A stretch of 26,676 nucleotides of DNA, from assembly GCA_964371135.1 (NCBI GenBank), contig CAYJLJ010000002.1, positions 11,758-38,433 on the forward strand. The letters run 5' to 3'. This document shows positions 8,065-15,582 of this stretch, piece by piece (positions within the stretch are counted from its first letter, which is position 1; each line of letters begins with the position of its first letter). The notes beneath the pieces were generated by a model. That model was given only the letters and a program-made list of their open reading frames with translations. It searched no databases and was not told the origin of the DNA. The DNA comes from an uncultured Gammaproteobacteria bacterium (GTDB taxonomy: Bacteria; Patescibacteriota; Microgenomatia; JAMCZE01). A program made the translations under genes and the position numbers.

Positions 8065-8954
8065 GCTTCCAGGCTTTTTGCCGGATTGTCCCAACCAAGA
8101 TGTCCCGGCCGGAGGCGAAAGAGATAATATTCGTTTTCCAGGGATTGGTTTACGCCGGGGATCACGGAAACGGCATTGGTAAAACCCGCCGCCCTGGTGA
8201 GATCCAGAGTTTCTTTCGTAAAAGCTCCGTACGGATAGGCAAAAGACGGGACGGCAATTCCCAGTAGGCTTTCCAGTTTTGTTTTGCTGTCCACAATTTC
8301 TCTTTTGGCGGTTTCCAATTTTAAACCCTTGAGATAGGCGTGACTAAGCGAGTGCGCCCCGATTTCCACGAGTCCGCTGTCGCGAATCTCTTTCAGCTGC
8401 TCTAAATTAAGATAGCCGCTTCGGCCGATAAAATCAGAAATAATGTAAATTGTTCCTCTGGCGTGATATTTTTTAAGAATCGGCAAAGCGTAATAATAGA
8501 AGTCTTCATAACCGTCATCAAAAGTCAGAACCACCGGCCGCTGCGGTAAGCTGGATTTTTTGGAAAGGAAATCCGGCAAATCCCGGGCGAAAAGGAAATT
8601 ATATTTTGCGGACTTGAGGGAGCTGATTTCTTTTTCCAGAGTAAACGGTGAAGTGGCCAGATTAAACCGGCCGGGATCCTTGGTCTTATCAACGTATTCG
8701 ATGTAATGATACATTACAATGGGAATGCGCATCGTGGCGGCGGATTTTGTGGCAATTCGCTCCTGCAGAACTTCCGGCGGAATCTTAAAAACCGCGGCCG
8801 GGTAATAACTATCTTCTGCCCTGTTTAATAAGGACTTTCTTGCCGGGCTATACCAAACAGAAATGGCAAGCAAAATCGCAATTATTGCCCCGCACACGGC
8901 CGCAAATCCCCAAACCCTTTTTTCGCTCAACCTCGAAGCATTATCAGTTTTCAT
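8052..8954 (-). CDS. Polysaccharide deacetylase (CE4/NodB), membrane-anchored
   Basis: IPIVMYHY, LTFDDGY, GAHSLSH, FAYPYG motifs. N-terminal TM helix. ATG directly follows the upstream TAA. Confidence 0.9.
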   Translation of the reverse strand: MKTDNASRLSEKRVWGFAAVCGAIIAILLAISVWYSPARKSLLNRAEDSYYPAAVFKIPPEVLQERIATKSAATMRIPIVMYHYIEYVDKTKDPGRFNLATSPFTLEKEISSLKSAKYNFLFARDLPDFLSKKSSLPQRPVVLTFDDGYEDFYYYALPILKKYHARGTIYIISDFIGRSGYLNLEQLKEIRDSGLVEIGAHSLSHAYLKGLKLETAKREIVDSKTKLESLLGIAVPSFAYPYGAFTKETLDLTRAAGFTNAVSVIPGVNQSLENEYYLFRLRPGHLGWDNPAKSLEAYKL

Positions 8955-9665
8955 TTATTGCGTCACAATCCTTATGCGGGCCTGATCGAGGTAGCCGGTG
9001 GAAAGAGTGGAATACATCTGAACTTTGTAGGTTTTTGAGCCGGGACCAGAGATTGAAATCGGGGAGGAAATAAAAGGCGCCGTTGAGGTTGAGGCATAAA
9101 CATCAGAGTTAAAAAAGACCGCCGGCGTGGTGCTGTCAAAAAGCCGGGCGTGGGCTTCTCCGCTGCCTGCCACCCGAAGTGTGGCTTCAAAATAGGCCGC
9201 TTTTATCGTCCCGTAATTGGCAATGTCAAAAGTAGCCTGGACACCATCAATTGTTTTCCAGTTGGCACTGCTGGCCTCGGTGTTTAAAACCGACCCGGAA
9301 CCCAGAGGAATGAAGTACTCCCCCCGGGGCAAAGTGGTAGTGGTAGTTGTTGTGACAGCGGGCCGGGAATAGTTGGCTGCTTTGACCGCCGTGTCGATGG
9401 CTGTCAGACATGACTTTGAACAAGTATCAACAGCCTCGCTGGGTTTAGCCGCTACAGGGACGGTTTTGGCTTCCGGGACTGGAGCAGCTCCGGTTACTCT
9501 CGAACTTAGTGTTTGGAATGATCCCGAAAACTGGGCCAAACGGGTCTGATAGTCAAGCAGTTCACTTCTTTGAGAAACAAAAAGATAATCAAGGAGAACC
9601 AGGTTGCCAATTATTATGAAACCTACAATCGCGATAGCAATGCGAAGAAATTTAGGAAGTTCCAT
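8955..9665 (-). CDS. Hypothetical membrane-anchored extracellular protein
   Basis: N-terminal TM helix, short coiled coil, CxxxC, Thr-rich linker, beta-rich C-terminal domain. Start overlaps the cysS 3' end. Confidence 0.8.
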   Translation of the reverse strand: MELPKFLRIAIAIVGFIIIGNLVLLDYLFVSQRSELLDYQTRLAQFSGSFQTLSSRVTGAAPVPEAKTVPVAAKPSEAVDTCSKSCLTAIDTAVKAANYSRPAVTTTTTTTLPRGEYFIPLGSGSVLNTEASSANWKTIDGVQATFDIANYGTIKAAYFEATLRVAGSGEAHARLFDSTTPAVFFNSDVYASTSTAPFISSPISISGPGSKTYKVQMYSTLSTGYLDQARIRIVTQ

Positions 9666-11013
9666 CAGAAATAGTGTACCCCATTTTCACAATTTCGTCA
9701 CGCAGTTTGTCCGCCTCAGCAAACTTTTTTTCTTTTCGTAGTGTCTCCCGCTTTTGCATCAGTTCTTGTATCTCCGAAGGTATTTCTTTTTCTGCAGTTT
9801 TATCTATTTGTAAGCCCAACACTTTATCGAATTTTAATAATAAACTCCTGTCTTCAGTTTGCCAGGCGACGGCCAGGGCCTCCGGCATATTCAAGTCATT
9901 ATTTATAGCCTGTAAAAATTCCTTCTCTTGCAAGACCACCTCTTGCGAAGCTAACTGTTTTGGCTCTGCAAGGCTCTGGAATTTTCGGCGCAATTTTTCG
10001 AGGCTATTTTGGGCATTTTGTAATGCCTCCCAGGTAAAGTTTAAAGCTGTCCTGTAGTGCGCCGTCAAATAAAAATATCTTAAAGCTAAAGGGTCAAAAC
10101 CTTTATCAATTACGTCGTGAATCGTATAGGCATTTCCAAGTGACTTGCCCATCCTTCCGCCATCAACCAAAAGAAATTCACCGTGAAGCCAGTAATTGGC
10201 AAACTTTTTTCCGGTTGCGCCTTCGCTTTGCGCTATCTCATTGGTATGATGAATGGCAATATGATCAATTCCCCCGGTATGGATATCCAGAGTTGCGCCT
10301 AAATATTTTATCGCCATGGCAGAACACTCAATGTGCCAACCCGGAAAACCTTTCCCCCAGGGGCTGTCCCATTCCATTTGCCGCTTGCCAAGTCCCGAGC
10401 TTGCCGAAGGAGAAAATTTCCACAGGGCAAAGTCAACGGGATTGCGTTTTGTTTTATCCTCTATAATTTCTTCGCGTGTTGCCACTCTTTTGTCGACTAA
10501 CTTTTGGCCACCAAGCTTGCCATATTCAGGAAATTTGGAAACATCAAAAAAGACACCGGTTTCTGTTTTGTAAGCCAGACCTTTGTCTACCAGGATCTTA
10601 ATTAAATCAATCTGCTGCTGAATATGATCCGTCGCCCGAACAAAGAAAGTAGGTTGTTCAATATTTAAAAGTTTTAGGCTATTTTTGAAGTCATCAATAT
10701 AGAAGTTGGCAATGTCCCAGGCATTTTTCCCTTCCCGCTTTGCCGCTTTCTCCATCCGGTCTTCACCCAGATCGGCATCACCCAAATTGTCCCCGGTCAG
10801 ATGGCCCACGTCGGTCGCGTTCATCACTTGAGTAACATTATAACCGTTGTATTCCAGCGTTCTTCTTAAGAGGTCATAAAAAGTAAATGTCCGCCAGTTA
10901 CCGATTTGGGGATAGTAATATACGGTTGGTCCACAGGTATAAAGTCCGACTTTTTTATCCCTGATCGGCCTAAATTCCTCCAGTTTTCTAGTTAAAGTAT
11001 TGTAAAGTTTCAT
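9652..11013 (-). CDS. cysS: Cysteine--tRNA ligase
   Basis: MKLYNTLTR, YTCGPTVY, DFALWK, WDSPWG.GFPGWHIECSAM, DIHTGG.DH...HHTNE, RMGKSLGN, ADKLRD. GGAGG lies 5 nt before ATG 11013. Confidence 0.97.
   Translation of the reverse strand: MKLYNTLTRKLEEFRPIRDKKVGLYTCGPTVYYYPQIGNWRTFTFYDLLRRTLEYNGYNVTQVMNATDVGHLTGDNLGDADLGEDRMEKAAKREGKNAWDIANFYIDDFKNSLKLLNIEQPTFFVRATDHIQQQIDLIKILVDKGLAYKTETGVFFDVSKFPEYGKLGGQKLVDKRVATREEIIEDKTKRNPVDFALWKFSPSASSGLGKRQMEWDSPWGKGFPGWHIECSAMAIKYLGATLDIHTGGIDHIAIHHTNEIAQSEGATGKKFANYWLHGEFLLVDGGRMGKSLGNAYTIHDVIDKGFDPLALRYFYLTAHYRTALNFTWEALQNAQNSLEKLRRKFQSLAEPKQLASQEVVLQEKEFLQAINNDLNMPEALAVAWQTEDRSLLLKFDKVLGLQIDKTAEKEIPSEIQELMQKRETLRKEKKFAEADKLRDEIVKMGYTISDGTS
9927..9953. 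repeat. Dispersed palindromic repeat, family A, copy 2 (in frame in cysS)
   Basis: CTTGCAAGA-CCACC-TCTTGCGAAGCTA, read as LASQEVVLQ in CysS. Confidence 0.85.
10393..10410. repeat. Possible repeat-derived insert in cysS (PSASSG)
   Basis: Minus strand CCTTCGGCAAGCTCGGGA lies in the variable loop between ALWKF and RQMEW. Single copy in the window; resembles from memory a PSTSSG-encoding dispersed repeat. Confidence 0.4.
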
Positions 11014-11014
11014 T

Positions 11015-11422
11015 TTATCCTCCCACCTGTCTTCCAAACTCCCCGGTCGATTCGGAGTTTCGCAGATTTTGTTTCAAAACGTCGTCTTTGGGCAAGCCTT
11101 TTGATTTGGGAATTTCCGGGCCTGCCGCGCCGGCCAAAGCTTTAGCGGAGGCTGGTTCACTGTTCACTTTTAACCTCTGCGTTTCCAGTTCTTCCCTGAC
11201 CTTTTGCAGCTTAGCCAGCTGCAATTGGCTGGCCGCCTGCGACAGCTGGGTCAGGGATTTTTTTGTAGGAACAGGTTTTCCTGTCACGGGATCCTGTTTT
11301 TTATTATCTCTTTTGTCTTTCTTCCCCAAAACCTGTTTCTTTCCTTCCACAAAAATATCCCTGACAGTATCTTTTGCCACTTCTCCAACTTCATCAGTAA
11401 AATTTCCCAAAGGATTATGCAT
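11015..11422 (-). CDS. Hypothetical charged protein (135 aa)
   Basis: ORF sits between the S66 peptidase and cysS with 1-nt gaps on both sides, consistent with translational coupling. Confidence 0.7.
   Translation of the reverse strand: MHNPLGNFTDEVGEVAKDTVRDIFVEGKKQVLGKKDKRDNKKQDPVTGKPVPTKKSLTQLSQAASQLQLAKLQKVREELETQRLKVNSEPASAKALAGAAGPEIPKSKGLPKDDVLKQNLRNSESTGEFGRQVGG
11129..11155. repeat. Palindromic insert in the 11015-11422 gene (PASAKALAG)
   Basis: Core GCCAAAGCTTTAGC (11133-11146) is a 14-nt palindrome with one mismatch that is a G-U pair on the coding strand. Confidence 0.5.
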
Positions 11423-11423
11423 A

Positions 11424-12395
11424 TTAAATTACTGCTGCCTCCAGAATCTCCAGTTTCTTCGTGTTCGTGTCCATTTTTGCCTGGACGCCAATCGGAATGG
11501 TCGTTCTGGGAACCTCATGGCCGAAATCCACACCATAGAGTATGGGAAACCCGAACGGCTCCGTCACTTCTTTAATCAGTTCCTTTTTCGTCGGGAAATT
11601 TTGATAGTCCACTTCGGACACGGCCGTCAGCTTGCCCACAATCATTCCGGAAATTTTACTAAAAAAGCCCGTGTTTCGGATCTGCCAAATGTTGCGCATA
11701 ATTTCACTAAACTGCTCATAATCTTCCTCCCAGAAGAAAAGATATTTTGTCTCCGGCCCGAACTGATGATCCAGCCCCGCAAAGGGGTCCCAGGCTGTCC
11801 CCAAAAGTTTGCACACACAGCTCAAATTGCCCCCGAAAAGAACCCCTTCGGCACTGCCGGGGCGGATTTCCTGCCAGACTGACTGGGGTTCAACCACGGT
11901 TGTTCCCGCTTCGTTTTGAGGCAGGGAGAGCATTTTCCAAAAATTGGACAAAGTGTATCCTGTGGGGCGAAAATCCGGAAGAGACAGGGCGTTGGGGCCG
12001 TGAAAGGTCAATAGTCCGGTTTTGGCTAAAATCGCAAGTTGCAAAGTGGTCGCGTCGGAATAACCGACAAAAATCTTGGGATTATTTTTAATGTTTTCAA
12101 AGTCAATTTGGTCCAAAATTTGAGATGCGCCCATGCCGCCGACGGCAAACAAAACAGCGCGGACTTCCGGGTCAGAAAAAGCCCTGTTTAAATCATCAGC
12201 CCGTTCTTTGGGCGTCCCGGCCACATAATCACCAAGCGCTTTTAAAACATTTTCGCCGGGTTTAACCTTATAGCCCAATTTTTCCAGCAAAACGGCCGCT
12301 GACTGCAGGTTAGCTTTACTGACCGGTTCGGACGGAGCCACAATGGCCACAGTGTCCCCTTTTTGGAGCGCTTTTGGCTTGACAATCTTGCCCAT
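11424..12395 (-). CDS. Peptidase S66 (LD-carboxypeptidase/MccF family)
   Basis: AIVAPS, LAGT-like YVAGTPKERADDLN.AF.DP, GYSDAT (Ser), GGNL, WEEDYE (Glu), DFGH (His). Confidence 0.9.
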   Translation of the reverse strand: MGKIVKPKALQKGDTVAIVAPSEPVSKANLQSAAVLLEKLGYKVKPGENVLKALGDYVAGTPKERADDLNRAFSDPEVRAVLFAVGGMGASQILDQIDFENIKNNPKIFVGYSDATTLQLAILAKTGLLTFHGPNALSLPDFRPTGYTLSNFWKMLSLPQNEAGTTVVEPQSVWQEIRPGSAEGVLFGGNLSCVCKLLGTAWDPFAGLDHQFGPETKYLFFWEEDYEQFSEIMRNIWQIRNTGFFSKISGMIVGKLTAVSEVDYQNFPTKKELIKEVTEPFGFPILYGVDFGHEVPRTTIPIGVQAKMDTNTKKLEILEAAVI

Positions 12396-12404
12396 ACAAG
12401 TATT

Positions 12405-14369
12405 TTACTCCTTTGCCGGCTCCAAAGGGAGCTTCGGTTTGGTCCAGGAGGCAAAGTCGCAGCTGGGATAGTTGGAGCAGCCGTAAAAGTTTTTTTTGTT
12501 TTTTGTCCGCTTAATGATCACTTCTCCGGCGCATTTTGGGCATGGAATTCCCGTCAGCCGGGCAAAAGGCTTGGTAAACTTGCACTCCGGAAATTTGCTG
12601 CAGGCCAGAAACTTGCCGAATTTGCCGATGCGCACGACCAGGAACGCGCCGTCATTGGGGCATTTCTCCTGTGTTGTCTCCGTTTCCACCTTCACCCGGG
12701 CCGCAGTTTCTGTCACCCCGCCCAATTGCCTGGCAAACGGCTCATAAAATTCCCGGATCACCGGCACCCATTGTTTTTCCCCATTGGCAATATTGTCCAG
12801 TTCATCTTCCATCCCCGCCGTGAATTTAAAGTCCAAAACGCCCGCAAAGTTTGCCATCAGAAAATCATTTACCGCCAGTCCCAAAGCCGTCGGCAGGAGT
12901 TTTTTATCTTCTTTTTCAATATATTGCCGGTCCTGGATTGTGGAAATAATCGGGGCATAGGTACTTGGCCGGCCGATACCGTATTCTTCCAGGGTTTTAA
13001 TCAGAGACGCTTCGTTATACCTGGGCGCGGCTTGGGTAAAATGTTGTGACGGAACAAGTTCCAATAATTCTAAAATTTCACCAATTGTTAAATTTGGCAG
13101 TTCCTTATTTTCTTCATTTTCTTCTTTCTTATCTTTTATATTTTCTTTATCATATAGTGTTTGCCAGCCGTCAAACAGCACTTTCGAGCCGGTAGCCCGC
13201 AAGGTGTAGCCGGCAGCAGTAATATCAACGCCCGTCTGCTGGCTCACGGCTTCACTCATCTGGCAAGCCACAAATCTTTTCCAAATTAATTCGTACAATC
13301 TTTTTTGGTCCCGGTCCAAATTGGAATTTTGAATTTGGAATTTAGGGTCGGTCGGTCTTATGGCTTCATGAGCTTCCTGCGCTACTTTTGATTTGGTTTT
13401 ATAAATTCTCGCGTTTTCCGGTAAATACTTTCCCCCAAATTCAGATTTAATATAGTCTCTGGCACTACTAACCGCTTCGATGGCCAAGTTCGTCGAGTCC
13501 GTACGGTGGTAGGAAATATAACCGGCTTCATAAAGACTTTGGGCAACCTGCATGGTTTTTTTGGCGGACCAACCGAAGAGATTAGAGGCCGCTTGTTGTA
13601 AGGTAGAAGTCGTAAAAGGCGGATACGGGTTGCGTTTCACCTCTTTGCTCTGAACATCCGTCACCTCGAATTTTGCCGTTTGCAGCCGGGCGGTTATTTT
13701 GTCCGCCTCATCCTTAGTGTGTATTTCCTGCTTAACCAGTTTAGCTTCAAAGGGAGAGACCCGTTGAAGCTGGGCAACGATTTCCCAGTATTCGACGGGC
13801 TTAAAAGCCAGAATTTCCCGCTCTCTTTCGACGATTAAGCGCACAGCGACGCTTTGTACTCTTCCTGCAGATAACCCGCGTCTTATTTTCCTCCAAAGAA
13901 GCGGTGAAAGTTTATAGCCGACCAACCGGTCAAGAATCCGCCTCGCCTGTTGGGCATCGACCAAAGGCATATTTATTACACCGGGCTTTTGCAGCGCTTC
14001 CCTTATTGCCGACTCCGTTATCTCATGAAAAGTTATCCGCGAGAACTTGGAATTTGGATTTTTGAGTTTGGAATTTTCGCTTATCACTTTGGACAGATGA
14101 TAGGCGATGGCTTCTCCTTCACGGTCCGGATCGGTGGCCAGTATAACTTTATCCGCTTTCTGCGCCGCCATTTGCAGTTCCTTAACTTTTTCTTTCTTGT
14201 CCGGAGAAACCACATAGTCCGGAGCAAAGTTGTGCTCCACATCAATCCCCAGCCGTTTTTGGGGCAGGTCGCGGATATGACCCATCGAAGCCTCGATTTG
14301 AAAATCCTTCCCCAGAAATTTCGAGAGCGTCCGGGCTTTGGTTGGTGATTCCACAATAATCAGGTCCAT
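12405..14369 (-). CDS. topA: DNA topoisomerase I (type IA)
   Basis: LIIVESPTKA, SMGHIRDL, ATDPDREGEAIA, SAGRVQS, catalytic SYHRTDS, QEAHEAIRPT, GIGRPSTYA, two C-terminal Cys4 zinc ribbons. Confidence 0.98.
   Translation of the reverse strand: MDLIIVESPTKARTLSKFLGKDFQIEASMGHIRDLPQKRLGIDVEHNFAPDYVVSPDKKEKVKELQMAAQKADKVILATDPDREGEAIAYHLSKVISENSKLKNPNSKFSRITFHEITESAIREALQKPGVINMPLVDAQQARRILDRLVGYKLSPLLWRKIRRGLSAGRVQSVAVRLIVEREREILAFKPVEYWEIVAQLQRVSPFEAKLVKQEIHTKDEADKITARLQTAKFEVTDVQSKEVKRNPYPPFTTSTLQQAASNLFGWSAKKTMQVAQSLYEAGYISYHRTDSTNLAIEAVSSARDYIKSEFGGKYLPENARIYKTKSKVAQEAHEAIRPTDPKFQIQNSNLDRDQKRLYELIWKRFVACQMSEAVSQQTGVDITAAGYTLRATGSKVLFDGWQTLYDKENIKDKKEENEENKELPNLTIGEILELLELVPSQHFTQAAPRYNEASLIKTLEEYGIGRPSTYAPIISTIQDRQYIEKEDKKLLPTALGLAVNDFLMANFAGVLDFKFTAGMEDELDNIANGEKQWVPVIREFYEPFARQLGGVTETAARVKVETETTQEKCPNDGAFLVVRIGKFGKFLACSKFPECKFTKPFARLTGIPCPKCAGEVIIKRTKNKKNFYGCSNYPSCDFASWTKPKLPLEPAKE
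13323..13343. repeat. 7-nt tandem array in topA (3 units, KFQIQNS)
   Basis: GGAATTT-TGAATTT-GGAATTT, 21 nt, in frame. Confidence 0.75.
14042..14076. repeat. 7-nt tandem array in topA (5 degenerate units, NSKLKNPNSKF)
   Basis: AGAACTT-GGAATTT-GGATTTT-TGAGTTT-GGAATTT, same consensus as 13323-13343. Confidence 0.75.
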
Positions 14370-14385
14370 AAGATTCTTAAGTATC

Positions 14386-15501
14386 TTAACACAAGGAATA
14401 GTTCAACCCCGAAGCTCGAATTTTCCTCCTAATCTCGAGATTTGTCAAAATTGCCCCAAGTCTTGCGGCCTCAAACCGGCTTCGTTTCACCAGTTCATCA
14501 AACTCCAGGGTCTCATTAATTAAAAGGTCAATAATGGCCTGCTCCTCCGGTGTTTCGCCTTTTGGTACTTCTAACCTGCTAACCTGCTGGCCTACCCTCG
14601 CGCTAACCTGTCCATATCCCAATTCCTGCAGTATATCTTCCACTCCCGTTACCAGCTTCGCCCCTTGTTTAAGAAGATAGTTTGTCCCTTCCGCCATTGG
14701 TGAATTGATTTGTCCCGGCACGGCAAAAACTTCCCGCCCCTGGTCCAGAGCTGCCCGGGCAGTGATGAGGCTGCCCGAATCGATGGCGCCTTCTGTGACC
14801 AAAACCGCCTGTGAAAGTCCTGAAATAATCCGGTTGCGGGCCGGAAAAACACCCCGCGCCACCAGTTTCCCCGGAGCCACCTCGGAAACAACCGCCCCGC
14901 CCGTGTCAATAATATTGTGATAAAGTTCCGTGTGCTCTTTTGGATAAATGACATCAACCCCAACGCCCAGGACGGCAATAGTTGTTCCCCTGCAGTTCAG
15001 GGTTGTTCCATGAGCCACCCCGTCAACCCCGAGAGCCAGGCCTGACACGACAGTAAAACCCGCGTTAACCAGTCCGGCTGTCAATGTCCGGGTTATCTCC
15101 TTTCCGTAGTCAGTAATCTTTCTGGTTCCAACTACTCCTATTGTCCTTCCCTCTACTAATCTGCTAACCTCCTGACTTTCTAACCTGCTTTTAATAAAGA
15201 GAATATTCGGCGGATCCGGAATATTTTTCAGACGCTTCGGATAGTTCGGATTATTAATTGTGAGAAATTTAATTCCCCTTTTTTCCAAATCCTGCGCGTA
15301 TTTGTCCACTATTAATATCTTCTTCTGATTTAGCAGTTCGCAAAGCGCGTCTTTGGGCAGATGAGTCTGGCGCAATTGTTCCTCCGTCGCGTTCCAGGCA
15401 TCCCCGGCGTTTCCGAAGTAGTTTAGCAGCAATTTTAGCCTCACCGGACCGATGCCGGTTACGGTGCTAAAAGCAATGAGATATTTTTCCTCCTCACTCA
15501 T
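14386..15501 (-). CDS. dprA: DNA-processing protein DprA
   Basis: YPKRLKNIPDPP, VVGTR, VVSGLALGVDG.AH, FPARNRIISGLS, SGSLITA.AALDQGREVFAVPG, GTNYLLKQGA. C-terminal wHTH. Familiar dprA-topA order. Confidence 0.96.
   Translation of the reverse strand: MSEEEKYLIAFSTVTGIGPVRLKLLLNYFGNAGDAWNATEEQLRQTHLPKDALCELLNQKKILIVDKYAQDLEKRGIKFLTINNPNYPKRLKNIPDPPNILFIKSRLESQEVSRLVEGRTIGVVGTRKITDYGKEITRTLTAGLVNAGFTVVSGLALGVDGVAHGTTLNCRGTTIAVLGVGVDVIYPKEHTELYHNIIDTGGAVVSEVAPGKLVARGVFPARNRIISGLSQAVLVTEGAIDSGSLITARAALDQGREVFAVPGQINSPMAEGTNYLLKQGAKLVTGVEDILQELGYGQVSARVGQQVSRLEVPKGETPEEQAIIDLLINETLEFDELVKRSRFEAARLGAILTNLEIRRKIRASGLNYSLC
14571..14610. repeat. 8-nt phased array in the dprA linker
   Basis: CTAACCTG at 14571, 14579 and 14603, with two degenerate units in phase between them. 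Confidence 0.7.
15156..15187. repeat. 8-nt tandem array in dprA (SRLESQEVSRL)
   Basis: CTAATCTG-CTAACCTC-CTGACTTT-CTAACCTG, same octamer consensus as 14571-14610. Confidence 0.7.
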
Positions 15502-15507
15502 AACTAC

Positions 15508-15582
15508 TCCCTAATATACTAATCGAAAACCAAATATACTAATTCAATTCGTATATTTTGTTTAGTATTCGTATATTAGGGA
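15508..15582. repeat. 75-bp ungapped imperfect palindrome spanning the mrdA-dprA intergenic region
   Basis: 31 of 37 arm positions are complementary around a central C at 15545. Outer 12 bp perfect (TCCCTAATATAC/GTATATTAGGGA). Confidence 0.85.

Noticed and set aside
9334-9356. ACN trinucleotide run in the 8955-9665 gene
   Set aside because: Mixed Thr codons of an ordinary Thr-rich linker, explained by protein composition.
11088-11882. 264-aa + strand ORF
   Set aside because: Antisense shadow of the S66 peptidase and the 11015-11422 gene, with no motifs of its own.
11424-12395. S66 peptidase as microcin C immunity linked to the neighbouring tRNA ligase
   Set aside because: Microcin C targets AspRS rather than CysRS, no mcc genes are present, and I cannot identify the MccF aromatic lid loop. 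Proximity is probably incidental.
12363-13049. 228-aa + strand ORF
   Set aside because: Antisense shadow of topA. The same applies to the many 60-135 aa ORFs opposite GT4, the glycosidase, cysS, dprA, mrdA, mreC, mreB and UbiA.
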